From IMG/VR virus record IMGVR_UViG_3300024270_000061: a stretch of DNA of 64,000 nt; one strand, given 5' to 3'. Source of the stretch: a virus. Each line of letters begins with the position of its first letter. Positions within the stretch are counted from its first letter, which is position 1. The notes beneath the pieces are model-generated. The model was not told the DNA's origin. It worked only from the letters and a program-made list of their open reading frames with translations, and searched no databases. Shown here piece by piece: positions 29,238-39,500 of the stretch. The position numbers and the translations under genes are program-made.

Positions 29238-30030
29238 CGATAATGTAGTCTCTTGCTTCAGAGAAAATCGGAATATTCAGATCAGGTGTCCACTTGGATC
29301 GTTGTGCGCCATTTACTTCATAGCTGCGTTTGACAATGCAAAGACCGGCCTTTTGATTTATGGGCAGACTGTGCCAATCAAACCCTTTCTCTTTCATCAT
29401 CTGCAGCATCTGAGCGCAGTTCTTCTTGTGTAGTTCTTTATGCGAATACATCGATCTTGCACAAGACTCGACACTATTCCGCACGGCATCTTGCTGGCGC
29501 CAAATAAAGTAATTGACGACCTCATGCTCCGGCAACAGGAAAGCTCTGCTATCGAACATAGCCTGATCGATATTGCGGAAGTAGGTGTTATAGTCCTTCT
29601 TGAACTTTTCCTGCTTCTCTTCTGACATAAACTCAAGAGACAAAGGCAAATAGTGATGCTGCTGAACGTAAGACCGGTAGCTGCGATTGAATGCACGAGT
29701 TGCAATTGACGCCGTAACACTGGCAATCTTTTGCAAATTGTTGCCGAACCATGCCTGCGTGGTAAGCTCATCGTCGTTCCTGAGAACGAGCGAAATCTCG
29801 TCGGACTGTGTATAAGCGAGCTTACAGCCCTCCACATTACGGCAAAGTTCAATGGCAACTTCCTTCATGGGCTCAGAAACAGCGCTGTCAAATGGACGCT
29901 TGAACCCCCTGGTAAAAGTATGGAATGCCTTTCCGTCCACACGAACGATGACCGGCATTCTTCTCGGAAGATAGAATCTATAGGCGTTTTCGTATTCTTT
30001 CATACGGTCGCCCAAGGAATCACGAGACAT
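29206..30030 (-). CDS. Thg1-like protein (tRNA 3'-5' nucleotidyltransferase)
   Basis: SLGDRMKEYE...VRVDGKAFHTFTRGFKRPFD...LAYTQSDEISLVL matches Thg1 family signatures. ATG at 30030 is preceded by GGAGGA. Confidence 0.75.
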   Translation of the reverse strand: MSRDSLGDRMKEYENAYRFYLPRRMPVIVRVDGKAFHTFTRGFKRPFDSAVSEPMKEVAIELCRNVEGCKLAYTQSDEISLVLRNDDELTTQAWFGNNLQKIASVTASIATRAFNRSYRSYVQQHHYLPLSLEFMSEEKQEKFKKDYNTYFRNIDQAMFDSRAFLLPEHEVVNYFIWRQQDAVRNSVESCARSMYSHKELHKKNCAQMLQMMKEKGFDWHSLPINQKAGLCIVKRSYEVNGAQRSKWTPDLNIPIFSEARDYIIDEVWGKHEQV

Positions 30031-30424
30031 GATGTCCTCCTTTTCCCGGCCCGCCCATTGGCATTCCGGGGAATATTGTTTTTCCTTGATATTCCTTACA
30101 TTTAGAACCATCAAAGTAATAAGCCCATGTACTGTCGTCCGAACCACGGAAAGTGATATATGAACCGGCTTCAACGAATGGAGCAATTTGATTGAACATC
30201 GCTTCGATCTCATCGCTGTAAAATTTCTGGTACTCATAGCACATTGAAATGATATTGCCGTGCTCATCTATTTCTACAGTAAGCCCAAACTCCGTCATAA
30301 CCTCTGGAAGATCATCTTCCTTTTTGTATTCCGGGTACTTACCATGAAGGGCTTCGAGTGCCTCTGGAAATTTAATTCGCGGGATGTAGAAATCTGACTG
30401 TTCAGAGTTCGCGTAATAACCCAT
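30020..30424 (-). CDS. hypothetical protein (134 aa)
   Basis: ORF. Confidence 0.45.
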   Translation of the reverse strand: MGYYANSEQSDFYIPRIKFPEALEALHGKYPEYKKEDDLPEVMTEFGLTVEIDEHGNIISMCYEYQKFYSDEIEAMFNQIAPFVEAGSYITFRGSDDSTWAYYFDGSKCKEYQGKTIFPGMPMGGPGKGGHHVS

Positions 30425-30436
30425 ATCAATCTCTCC

Positions 30437-31054
30437 TTAATGCTCGTTGAAGCAAACCGCTTCCCCATTTTTCAAATCCCAACAGGAACACCCAGACATA
30501 ACACAGTCCCCGCAATAATTCTGGCATTGGAAGGCGTTTGCCGGTATGCCTGTATTGTCGCCTTTCTTGAATCTGACATAGGCCATTGGGAGGTTGTGAG
30601 GATTTTCGGGAATAAAAGAACCCCACGCACTAAATACCATGCGGAGGTTCTCAGGAAAAACTTTATGTATGTTGAGATACTCATTGACCATCTCAAATTT
30701 CTTGGTGAAGCACAGGAACTTCGTATCAGGAAGCCTCTTCGCGGTATCCACCATCATCTCAAGGTACTTAATATCGGGAATATCGCCCGAGGAGTGCCAG
30801 CGAAAGAAGCGGCTATGGAACGCAGAAATGATGATGTCACGCTGGAACATCGCAGGATCTTCATTCCAAATATCGATGTTCTTCTGGAGAAGAGACTTGT
30901 TGTGGGAAAAGCACCACCGTCCCTTCCTGGCATAACACTTAGCCACGCACGGAGCATCTGGTCTGCATGAGCAGACAGGAGGAAGGCTGACGGATGGAAT
31001 ATCTGCGCCGAGCTTCGTTACTCCTTTGGAAATATGAACATGTTCTGTTACCAT
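30437..31054 (-). CDS. hypothetical Cys-rich protein (205 aa)
   Basis: CSCRPDAPCVAKC and CQNYCGDCVMSGCSC clusters. Confidence 0.45.
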   Translation of the reverse strand: MVTEHVHISKGVTKLGADIPSVSLPPVCSCRPDAPCVAKCYARKGRWCFSHNKSLLQKNIDIWNEDPAMFQRDIIISAFHSRFFRWHSSGDIPDIKYLEMMVDTAKRLPDTKFLCFTKKFEMVNEYLNIHKVFPENLRMVFSAWGSFIPENPHNLPMAYVRFKKGDNTGIPANAFQCQNYCGDCVMSGCSCWDLKNGEAVCFNEH

Positions 31055-31072
31055 AGCTTACCTCTTTCTTGA

Positions 31073-31567
31073 TTACATCTTGGGCAATTCGTAGAGCGTT
31101 ACGTCCAAGCCCCCGAGTTCTTCTTCGATGATTGTATAGACGGTATCCCAGTTGCCGCCTCCTCGGTCGCAGCCAATTCGATAAGGCAATGCGATTTGAG
31201 GTTCTTTGCCCGATTTTTGCCGGATGGCATCAGCAAAAATGCTCAGCTGAGCCAAGCAACTTCTGAATGCCCCATAGTCCGTATATTGCTTGCCATCATA
31301 TCCGTACTTATTCTGAGCGAACATATTGGCGATATAAATCCGCTTGCCATCCGGAAGATTCTCGGATGATAGCTGCGTGTTTCCCAGCAAGCTCTCTGTC
31401 TTTCCTTTGACACTTCGGCAAGCACTTTGATAGTTGGCGTATGCGCCTGGAAATAACATCCGAACCTGCTTGGCAACGCCGGAACCCATCACTCCCTGGC
31501 AATTTACCTGATGAGCAATGATGTCGGCATTACTTGCGAATAAATCTCCGATTTTATGTTGTATCAT
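31073..31567 (-). CDS. macro-domain protein (ADP-ribose binding/processing)
   Basis: IIAHQVNCQGVMGSGVAKQ and the macro-domain core. Confidence 0.8.
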   Translation of the reverse strand: MIQHKIGDLFASNADIIAHQVNCQGVMGSGVAKQVRMLFPGAYANYQSACRSVKGKTESLLGNTQLSSENLPDGKRIYIANMFAQNKYGYDGKQYTDYGAFRSCLAQLSIFADAIRQKSGKEPQIALPYRIGCDRGGGNWDTVYTIIEEELGGLDVTLYELPKM

Positions 31568-31721
31568 TGGACTTCCTCACTCTTCAACAGATGGATTTTT
31601 CGCGTCTTTCTCATTTCGTTCGGAATCTCCGCTTGCTTTACAACAGCAATACATGAGAATACCGGCGAAAAGAACGAGAACCATCGAGATTGCAAACAGC
31701 AAAAGTCTTCCTGACATCTAA

Positions 31722-32153
31722 TCACTTCTTTCCGTCTGCGATAATAGAGTTTTCTCCGGCATCGCAAGCTCGCTTGTAGTAGACGCGACCTTCCATTTTG
31801 CTTTCCGCCTTCCTCATCGCTCCAAGACACTGCTTTAGCTGATTGACCGCATTGGTTTGAGACGCAATCCAGTTCATCAATGGTGTCAGCGTATCAATAA
31901 TGTCTTTGGCGACTCGGCGGCGTTGGCGAATTTTTCGAAGCTCCACCGCCGCATGAGCACGTTCATGATACGTCCACTCGCAAAGTTCAATTTCATGAAG
32001 CAGATCCTGCGTCTTTTTATCGCAGTAATCCAATTCATTTTGAGCCATTTTGAGGGACTCATTAGCCAAAGAAAACATATTCAGTGTCTCTTCAATGGAC
32101 TGGCTCGTTACTTGAGGAGTGAGCTTATCCAGATCGTCAAGCACTGCGTTCAT
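31722..32153 (-). CDS. hypothetical coiled-coil protein
   Basis: ORF; internal ATG start after the Pnkp stop. Confidence 0.4.
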   Translation of the reverse strand: MNAVLDDLDKLTPQVTSQSIEETLNMFSLANESLKMAQNELDYCDKKTQDLLHEIELCEWTYHERAHAAVELRKIRQRRRVAKDIIDTLTPLMNWIASQTNAVNQLKQCLGAMRKAESKMEGRVYYKRACDAGENSIIADGKK

Positions 32154-34344
32154 TGACTGCCTCCTGATAATACTTGTTTCGGAGTTCGACAATGTTGGTA
32201 GAAGGATTACTCTCGGCATACTTTCTGACGAAAGCATAGAAATAATTCGTCAACGGAGTTTGCAAAGCGCCGGTGTTACGGAACTGTCCATAGTTGAATA
32301 CGCTTTGGGCTACTCCGCGAAGAAGTTTCCATGTGGCGTAATAATCCGTCTTGATCTTGAGCATGAATCCGACAGCATCTCTGATGACATATCCTTCAAA
32401 GGGAATGGCATCGGGACGGGCAAGAAGATTCTGAGAATTCTGATACAGGGAAAGGAATTCTTCCCAGTTATTGATGACACAGGCTCTCTTTTTCACTTCC
32501 AGTCCAAGCTCTTCTGCGGCACTGACGAGTTGAACATAGCTGCAAGCCGAGAATTCCAGTTGGTTTTCCACCATGTCCAGAAGATAGAGATGCTTCTCTC
32601 GGTATTCAATGATGTGTGGATCATTGACGGGATCAACCGCCTCGAACAGGAGCGTTACATCATGTTTCTTCAGGTACTCTGTCAGCCTCTGCTTCTGCTC
32701 ATCAGTGAACATGGAACGGAAAAGTTCTGCCATCGCACCGTCAACAGAAGACTTGGTGGTCATGAACAAGGAGCCCGTAGACTGGTCATAAGAAACCAGC
32801 CCGAGGAAACCATTCTCTTTTTCGAAGACTTCAACAGGGAACACGAGTTTCTTCTGAAGCACAGACAGCTTGGTGTTCTGTCTTTCGTTGACTGCGAAGA
32901 ATTTTTCATATCCACGAGCCACAACCTTCATGTTGGTGGTGTCGATATACAAACCGCGAGCACGAACTGTAAGCGAATTCCACTTCTTATCCATAAAGGC
33001 TGCCCGAGTGAAGTTGAAGGAAGAAATATGACCGAAGGACTTTTCATGAATGAGGGGACTCTGCCGCATCCTCGCAACGAGATCGGAAATGATCTCTCTT
33101 TCAGTAGATGCAACGGGTTGCGCATCTTTGGGTGGCTGAACAACGGGCTGTTCGGCGGAGGGATAATTAACCACCTTCCAGCCTTCTTCAGACAGGACGA
33201 CGGTTCTCAGCTCTCCTCCACGTTCTACAGCGCCTTCGAGACAGAAACAATGTTCCGAAACATGAGTCGGCAAACCGGAAACATTGCGATGACCGAACAC
33301 CTGATAATACATGGGCGGAGCGGATTTTTCAAAGGACTCAACACATTCCTCCATCTGCTCGTAAAAGCCAACGCCGGAAATCATCTGGCAGGCAGGAACA
33401 AAGTCGAGATGGCCGAGAGAAGACCAGTCTGAAATACCTCCATGAGTGCAGAGTACAGTGCGACCACGATATGTATAATAGGAACACTGTCGGATACGGC
33501 GGTAGAATTTTCTTATTTCTACCATGGAAATGCCGGCTGCATCAAGCTGGAATCCAGTCTTCGAATTGAACTCCCTTGAAGCAGATTGGCGACCGTTCGC
33601 CCACTCCCACAGATGAACCTCGTGATTTCCTTCAAGGAAACACACATTGGGGCGTTCTGAAATATCCATGAGGAACTGAAGAACCTTCGGAGAATCCGGG
33701 CCGCGATCAGCATAATCTCCGCAGAAAATATAGGCGGTCTTATCATCGATGCCATCCACAGGATTTTCCCCGAACACCTTCTGGAGAGTGGAGTAGCATC
33801 CGTGAATATCACCGATGTGTACGACCTTATCATATTCGCTCAAATCGAAAGGAGTAGTAAATATCTGCTCCCAATCATCGACGGTGATTCTCTTGATTCC
33901 GGCTGGAATATTCTGTGTCTGGAAACGTGAGTATACCTTTTCAATGTAGTCCTGTGGAACGATTTTGAGCGGAGGCCGCTGGGCGTTACGGCGGAGGGTT
34001 TCCTCCAGAGGAATATCCGTCATGTCCAGGCAATAGATCCGATAGCGGTATTGATGCGCCAATTCTTTGTAGCGCGTCATTTCGCTCGTCTTGGAATTGC
34101 AGGCATCGATAATCGTGAAATCACCGCGCTGCATCCTGCGTTCAAGCATGGCAAACAAGGTATCCCAGACAATTCTATCGTTCTTCTGGGATATGACGGG
34201 CTTACCTTGTGGATCAAGTGCCGGGGAGGCAAAAAGGGAACGAATCTTATCAGACGAAAGTGCATGGTCAGACAGGCCGTTCTTCTCAATCCAAGTGGAT
34301 TTGCCGCAACCTGGAGCACCGCGCATCAAAATGAGAATTCGCAA
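32137..34344 (-). CDS. Pnkp-like RNA repair enzyme: P-loop kinase, binuclear metallophosphatase and ligase-like adenylyltransferase
   Basis: N-terminal GAPGCGKST; central GDIHG, GDYADRG, GNHE; C-terminal KENG (KxNG) lysine motif. 735 aa. Confidence 0.75.
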   Translation of the reverse strand: MRILILMRGAPGCGKSTWIEKNGLSDHALSSDKIRSLFASPALDPQGKPVISQKNDRIVWDTLFAMLERRMQRGDFTIIDACNSKTSEMTRYKELAHQYRYRIYCLDMTDIPLEETLRRNAQRPPLKIVPQDYIEKVYSRFQTQNIPAGIKRITVDDWEQIFTTPFDLSEYDKVVHIGDIHGCYSTLQKVFGENPVDGIDDKTAYIFCGDYADRGPDSPKVLQFLMDISERPNVCFLEGNHEVHLWEWANGRQSASREFNSKTGFQLDAAGISMVEIRKFYRRIRQCSYYTYRGRTVLCTHGGISDWSSLGHLDFVPACQMISGVGFYEQMEECVESFEKSAPPMYYQVFGHRNVSGLPTHVSEHCFCLEGAVERGGELRTVVLSEEGWKVVNYPSAEQPVVQPPKDAQPVASTEREIISDLVARMRQSPLIHEKSFGHISSFNFTRAAFMDKKWNSLTVRARGLYIDTTNMKVVARGYEKFFAVNERQNTKLSVLQKKLVFPVEVFEKENGFLGLVSYDQSTGSLFMTTKSSVDGAMAELFRSMFTDEQKQRLTEYLKKHDVTLLFEAVDPVNDPHIIEYREKHLYLLDMVENQLEFSACSYVQLVSAAEELGLEVKKRACVINNWEEFLSLYQNSQNLLARPDAIPFEGYVIRDAVGFMLKIKTDYYATWKLLRGVAQSVFNYGQFRNTGALQTPLTNYFYAFVRKYAESNPSTNIVELRNKYYQEAVNERSA

Positions 34345-35696
34345 GAGAACACCTCCTTGTTTTCATTCAAGTAATTGACAATATGGACACGTTCATTTTT
34401 CAAAGAGCCATCAATTACAGCATCAAGAACCTTGTTCAGAACAAAGCCGACTCTTTTCCCTTCCGCTATATTGAGCAACTCCATTACATCTTTTCCGCTG
34501 ATTTCCAAATCTTTCAGACTAAAGCATTGGTTTTGCTCGACAATCTCATAGGCAATAGCTGCCAGAGATACGCAGCGTTCAATTCGAGACTGCTGAGTGC
34601 TCTCCTTATGAGCGAGAATATCAGCCATTCTGATTTCAACCAGTCTTGAAAATTGGAGTTCACCGATTTTGTTCAACCATCGGCGCACTGTCTTCGGGGT
34701 AGGCTCAATAACGGCATCGTGGAACAACACAAGTTCGAGTACGTCATGCTTGGTTTTGTTGTCAAAACGCAATCTGTCAAGAACCTTTTCGGCAAGATCT
34801 CGACTGTATACTCCGTGACCATAGAAGTGCCCTCCGTTTTCATCCGTGGTATAGCAACATGGCTTGCCAATATCATGAAGGAATAACGAGAGCTTTATAA
34901 CAATGTCATTTAATCCGCAGTTTTCTACGGCATGACAAATGTGATCGTATACGGTGTACTCGTGATACCTGTTATTTTGGTCAAATCCAATGCAGGGACT
35001 CATTTCTGGAATGATGACAGAGATAACATCGCTATACTCCAGTAAGATTTGAAGAACTCCTCGACCACAGAGCATCTTGCATAGCTCGGTCTGAATTCTC
35101 TCTGCTGCAATGTTCAGGAGCTTTTCTTTATTCCTATGGATTGCCTGAGATGTTTTCTCTTCAATGGCAAAACCATATGTAGAAGCAAAGCGCATTGCTC
35201 TCAGGATTCGAAGCGCATCTTCTCCGAATCTGTCATCTGGATTTCCAACGCATGAAATGATTCTTCTATTCAGGTCGTCCTGACCATGAAAAGGATCGAT
35301 AATTCTTTCTCCGTCATAGGCCATTGCATTAACAGTGAAATCACGGCGTGCTAAATCCAGCTCTATGTTTTTCACGAATTCTACACTATCAGGATGTCGG
35401 CTATCAGAATAAAGTCCGTCAATTCTGAAAGTCGTAACCTCATACTGCTCAGAATCCCCGAGATTAACCGTGATTGTTCCGTGCTGTAAGCCTGTATCAA
35501 TCGTCTTGATATTGCGTTTTGCGAAGAAAGCCTTCATTTCAAGAGGAGTGGCTGATGTGCAAATATCCCAGTCTTTCGGTTCAAGGTCAAGCAAGCTGTC
35601 TCGCACGCATCCACCAACGACATAGGCATCAAACCCGGCCTTGCGCAAATCCTGTATGATGAAATTGGCGCCGTGCGGGATTTGGATATTACGCAT
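34326..35696 (-). CDS. cca: CCA-adding tRNA nucleotidyltransferase with HD domain
   Basis: GGCVRDSLL head motif; RRDFTVNAMA; HD LFLHDIGK. Confidence 0.85.
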   Translation of the reverse strand: MRNIQIPHGANFIIQDLRKAGFDAYVVGGCVRDSLLDLEPKDWDICTSATPLEMKAFFAKRNIKTIDTGLQHGTITVNLGDSEQYEVTTFRIDGLYSDSRHPDSVEFVKNIELDLARRDFTVNAMAYDGERIIDPFHGQDDLNRRIISCVGNPDDRFGEDALRILRAMRFASTYGFAIEEKTSQAIHRNKEKLLNIAAERIQTELCKMLCGRGVLQILLEYSDVISVIIPEMSPCIGFDQNNRYHEYTVYDHICHAVENCGLNDIVIKLSLFLHDIGKPCCYTTDENGGHFYGHGVYSRDLAEKVLDRLRFDNKTKHDVLELVLFHDAVIEPTPKTVRRWLNKIGELQFSRLVEIRMADILAHKESTQQSRIERCVSLAAIAYEIVEQNQCFSLKDLEISGKDVMELLNIAEGKRVGFVLNKVLDAVIDGSLKNERVHIVNYLNENKEVFSCEFSF

Positions 35697-36711
35697 CGAT
35701 AGCTCTCCTGTTCACTTCGATAACAAATTCCTCGACCTTCTTCATGTCCGGATGCTTTGGGAGGTTGGTATTTGCCTTCGCATATTCCAGACGCTTCTCG
35801 TATTCGCTCACCATCTCAAAGAATTCAGGCGCATATGAACCGTCTTCGCGCTGAAATTTACCGTTTCGGATACTGAGCAGAAAATCTCTGTCGTTGTATC
35901 GATAGGTGTTGATTTCGCCTTTCTCCAAGATGTCCAGACACAGAAGATAGAGACGAATCAGGTGCATGGCGTGCTTGTTGAGATGATCGTCGTCCTTCTT
36001 ATGATTGCGATGGTGCAACTTCTCGTAATCTCGAAGTACACTGGACAGGGTGTTAAGCATGATGCTGAACTCTCTGGCAGGATACTTTTCAAGGTGAATG
36101 TTGCAGAACACTTCCTTATCAAGATCGTCACGAGAACTCTCGTCGGTAAAGAGGCTGATACAACCCTGATCGAAATCGGAATACTTGGAAGCGAATTCCC
36201 GAAGGGCTCGTTCCAGTGCCCCTCTGATGTGTTCCTCTTTCTTTGCCTGCGGCAACCTGTCTCTGGCGAGCGCGTTTTCCAAACGGCGAAGCTGCTGAGT
36301 AGCATATCCTCCGAACGAACTGACCGCTCTTTGCGAAAGGAACAGGCTTGCGTTGTCGATCATCATGCGGCCTGCATCGGAAACATAAAAATAATGCTCC
36401 GGTTTGCAGCCGAGCATTTCAATCGTATTGGGATTGCAGTTCAGAAGCAAGCTGACCAGTTTGTTGAAGCCATAGATGGTAGTGTCGGTCTGCGTGTTTA
36501 CGACCTGTTCAAAATTTGAGAGGCCGAGAAGATCACTCTTGCTGTTCATTGCACAGCCTCTTACATCTACATCCGATGTTTCAATGTTGGTTCCATAGGC
36601 ATGACTTCCGCCAAGCGTAAGGAACATAAGTCGGCCTGCGAGGTGAGGATTGGTTCGCAAGAAGTCATATTCCTCTCCGTTTACCATTTCTTTGATTTGC
36701 TCAAGAGTCAT
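35689..36711 (-). CDS. Pol-beta superfamily nucleotidyltransferase of unknown specificity
   Basis: LGGSHAYGTNIETSDVDVRG (GS...DxD) motif. Confidence 0.55.
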   Translation of the reverse strand: MTLEQIKEMVNGEEYDFLRTNPHLAGRLMFLTLGGSHAYGTNIETSDVDVRGCAMNSKSDLLGLSNFEQVVNTQTDTTIYGFNKLVSLLLNCNPNTIEMLGCKPEHYFYVSDAGRMMIDNASLFLSQRAVSSFGGYATQQLRRLENALARDRLPQAKKEEHIRGALERALREFASKYSDFDQGCISLFTDESSRDDLDKEVFCNIHLEKYPAREFSIMLNTLSSVLRDYEKLHHRNHKKDDDHLNKHAMHLIRLYLLCLDILEKGEINTYRYNDRDFLLSIRNGKFQREDGSYAPEFFEMVSEYEKRLEYAKANTNLPKHPDMKKVEEFVIEVNRRAIDA

Positions 36712-36723
36712 ATACTCGCTCCT

Positions 36724-37158
36724 TTACCACATCTCATTGCCGATTTTGACACGAGGAATATTCCGTTGAATAGCTGCAAGCTCGTTCATCAGTAATCCGA
36801 TCTTCTGGAAAGGGACACAGACAGTGCCCTCTCCTACTTTCATAGTCAGAATGTCTTCGGCACAATCCAGAGAATACTCGGCCAAATCTCCCATAAGAGA
36901 AACATTGCGGCTCAGAACCGCAAGACATGCTTCCGGTTCCTCTTTTTCATGAATGGGCGCTGCGTTCATCGGCGCAGCAAAATTGCGAACGGCTGGTTTG
37001 CGCAGATTGGAAGGCTGTTTGCCAATCACTCGAAGCACCGTCTGATAGGAAACATCAAGGGCTTTGGCAATTTCCTGGTTGCTCATTCCATCTTCACGCA
37101 TGTGGAGCAGTTCGCCAGGGGATACTTCACGCATTAAGCTCATATGCGCTACCTCCAT
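36724..37158 (-). CDS. HTH protein (sigma-70 region 4 / LuxR-like)
   Basis: MSNQEIAKALDVSYQTVLRVI. Confidence 0.45.
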   Translation of the reverse strand: MEVAHMSLMREVSPGELLHMREDGMSNQEIAKALDVSYQTVLRVIGKQPSNLRKPAVRNFAAPMNAAPIHEKEEPEACLAVLSRNVSLMGDLAEYSLDCAEDILTMKVGEGTVCVPFQKIGLLMNELAAIQRNIPRVKIGNEMW

Positions 37159-37168
37159 ATGTATTGGT

Positions 37169-38662
37169 TCAGAAATTGCCGAACCACAAGATGTTGCGAA
37201 TATCCGACAGAGAATACTCTTTCAGCATCTTGCCATCGCGGAAAACAGGAATCAGAAGATTCATGGGGTCGTCGTTGTGTTCAGCAAAGGTCAGGCCATC
37301 AACGCAGGAAAAATCCTTTCCATCGAAATGCACGGCGCAGCATCCTCGCTGAGATTTCTTGAAGTGCGCGTTATCCGTCTTGGGATTTTTGAAAATCATG
37401 ATGGGGGTTCCATTCTCGTCTTCTGCATAAGTTGCCTTAATGGCAATGCCAAAGGTATCACGAGTAAATGGATCGAAGTGACGGACACCGTTCTGGTCAT
37501 AATGTTCAAGGCACTGCATTGAGAAAGAGCCGACGCCAAGAGAAACATTATTACATGCAAAACCATTCTGCGTCAGGATTTCATAGATCTTTTCGCAGCG
37601 TTCCGGTGTAATGGAATCACCGTAAATGGCTTTGACGTGAGGATCAAGAACCTTATAGCCCTTGGAATTGACCGTACCACCAAACGTTTCCCAAAGATGG
37701 AAGACAGTCTGGGTAACAATCTCAACAGGATCACCGCTGTCTCCGCGAACCAGAAGGCATCCATCATGATTCATGATCTCATCCTTCAGCTGAGGAAGAA
37801 TGTTATCCACCAGATTCCAGTAATCATAAGAATCGGATACCATCGAGAAAGAATGATGAGGATAGATTTCCGTAAGCAGTCGGCGAACGAAAGTAATTTC
37901 GTCTCCATCGACAGCGTAATTTGAACACATTACACTGTGTTCGGTAGAAATCGCGCCGAATGCAACGGGTTCCTTGGTACAATCGCAGTTGTAATACTTC
38001 TCAAGCCATGGAAGAGTCGGAACGGTTGCAGTATTCAGGAACGAAAGGCAGAAACCAGCGCTGGACATTACCGCACTTTCGATACTCTCCTGACCTCTCA
38101 TGGAGAAATCACCAAGAGCTTTGGCACGAGGAAAAGAATCATCGACGGTCTTATCGTAATACTTATTGACGATGTTTCGATACATAACACCAACGTTTGC
38201 ACTTACCATAGCGTGCCAAAGCGTGGCAGAGATCGCTGATTCAATGGTATTGACCAGCCATGCAAACTTAGGATGAGTATTGGAAATCTCGAACATAGGA
38301 ACCTTGATGTTCACACGGCAACCTTCGGGCAGTGCCCGAATCTCAAGAGGCAAATAGCCCAGATCGTAAAGCTCCTCGATCTTTTTGAGATTGTAGGAAT
38401 TCTTTCCGAGGCCGTTGTCAACGATGCGAGCATATTCTGCCAACACCTCATCCTTCGGACGAGAGAAAAAGAAATCATCAAAGCATTCGATGAGATACGT
38501 TTTGATGAATGCCTGCAGGCCAAACATAACGAGCTTATTTTGACCTTCCAGGCGGGACATCCTGGGCGTAAAATACGATACCAGCTTCGTGACATTCTTA
38601 GGGTACATGTCGGAATGTACCACCTTGTACCAGTCACACAGCAAAAGCGGATTAAGTTTCAT
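37169..38662 (-). CDS. nadV: nicotinamide phosphoribosyltransferase (Nampt/NadV)
   Basis: N-terminal LCDWYKVVHSDMYP; 497 aa; family-typical length. Confidence 0.85.
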   Translation of the reverse strand: MKLNPLLLCDWYKVVHSDMYPKNVTKLVSYFTPRMSRLEGQNKLVMFGLQAFIKTYLIECFDDFFFSRPKDEVLAEYARIVDNGLGKNSYNLKKIEELYDLGYLPLEIRALPEGCRVNIKVPMFEISNTHPKFAWLVNTIESAISATLWHAMVSANVGVMYRNIVNKYYDKTVDDSFPRAKALGDFSMRGQESIESAVMSSAGFCLSFLNTATVPTLPWLEKYYNCDCTKEPVAFGAISTEHSVMCSNYAVDGDEITFVRRLLTEIYPHHSFSMVSDSYDYWNLVDNILPQLKDEIMNHDGCLLVRGDSGDPVEIVTQTVFHLWETFGGTVNSKGYKVLDPHVKAIYGDSITPERCEKIYEILTQNGFACNNVSLGVGSFSMQCLEHYDQNGVRHFDPFTRDTFGIAIKATYAEDENGTPIMIFKNPKTDNAHFKKSQRGCCAVHFDGKDFSCVDGLTFAEHNDDPMNLLIPVFRDGKMLKEYSLSDIRNILWFGNF

Positions 38663-38675
38663 ATTTCCCTTCCTT

Positions 38676-39485
38676 TCATTTGTTCAGGGGGAAAACGGTG
38701 ATCTTCTCGTGTTCTTTGTGGAAGATACTGTCCGTGGTATAGACATGATCCACAAAATCCGTCGTCAGCAAATCACCCTCAAAGATTGCATGTTCGCAGT
38801 GGGAACAGAAAACCGAAACGCTTTTCGCGCCAAGTTCTTTAAGGGCTTTTGCGGAATGAAAAAACGTGCCGCCGCGACAACAGATGTCATCCACGATCAG
38901 CACGTTCTTGCCCTTGATGTCGGCATTACAAACAACATCGAGGCCGGTAATCTTTCCAGTTTCCCAGCAGCGACGTTTAATGCCGAATCCGTATGGAGTT
39001 TTAATCATATCAGAATAGCGCTTCATAGCGCCTTCATCCGGGTAGAACAGAAGCAAATCGGGATCATCCATATTTCCCATCGCCTTGCGAATATAAGGCT
39101 CTGGGGACAGGATCTTGCAGTTGTTGATGAGCGCAGTTGCAACATTGGAATGAGGATCGAGGATATACACCGCCTTAAAGCCCAGCATGTTGATAAAGTC
39201 GGCAAAATACTTCAGCGTAAAGACTTCATAATCATGATGCGTTCTGTCCATTCTGGCATTCGGACAATACGGAAGAACGAGCGAGACGCCCTTAAAAGCG
39301 GAATGCTGCCAAAGATGACGGACAATGTAGTAAAGCGCTGTCATTTCATCTTCGCTCTCATAATGCCAGCGGATTACTGCCTCGCCTCCATTGTAGGCAA
39401 CATCGGGGCTGGAAACTCCAAACGCGAAAGTTCCGTCTGGAAACCGGCTGTCCAGCTGGATGCGGTAATTGTTCAGCCAAATCAT
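38676..39485 (-). CDS. prs: ribose-phosphate pyrophosphokinase (PRPP synthetase)
   Basis: PRPP-binding VLIVDDICCRGGTFFHSAKAL. Confidence 0.8.
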   Translation of the reverse strand: MIWLNNYRIQLDSRFPDGTFAFGVSSPDVAYNGGEAVIRWHYESEDEMTALYYIVRHLWQHSAFKGVSLVLPYCPNARMDRTHHDYEVFTLKYFADFINMLGFKAVYILDPHSNVATALINNCKILSPEPYIRKAMGNMDDPDLLLFYPDEGAMKRYSDMIKTPYGFGIKRRCWETGKITGLDVVCNADIKGKNVLIVDDICCRGGTFFHSAKALKELGAKSVSVFCSHCEHAIFEGDLLTTDFVDHVYTTDSIFHKEHEKITVFPLNK

Positions 39486-39500
39486 AGCTAACCCCTCCGT

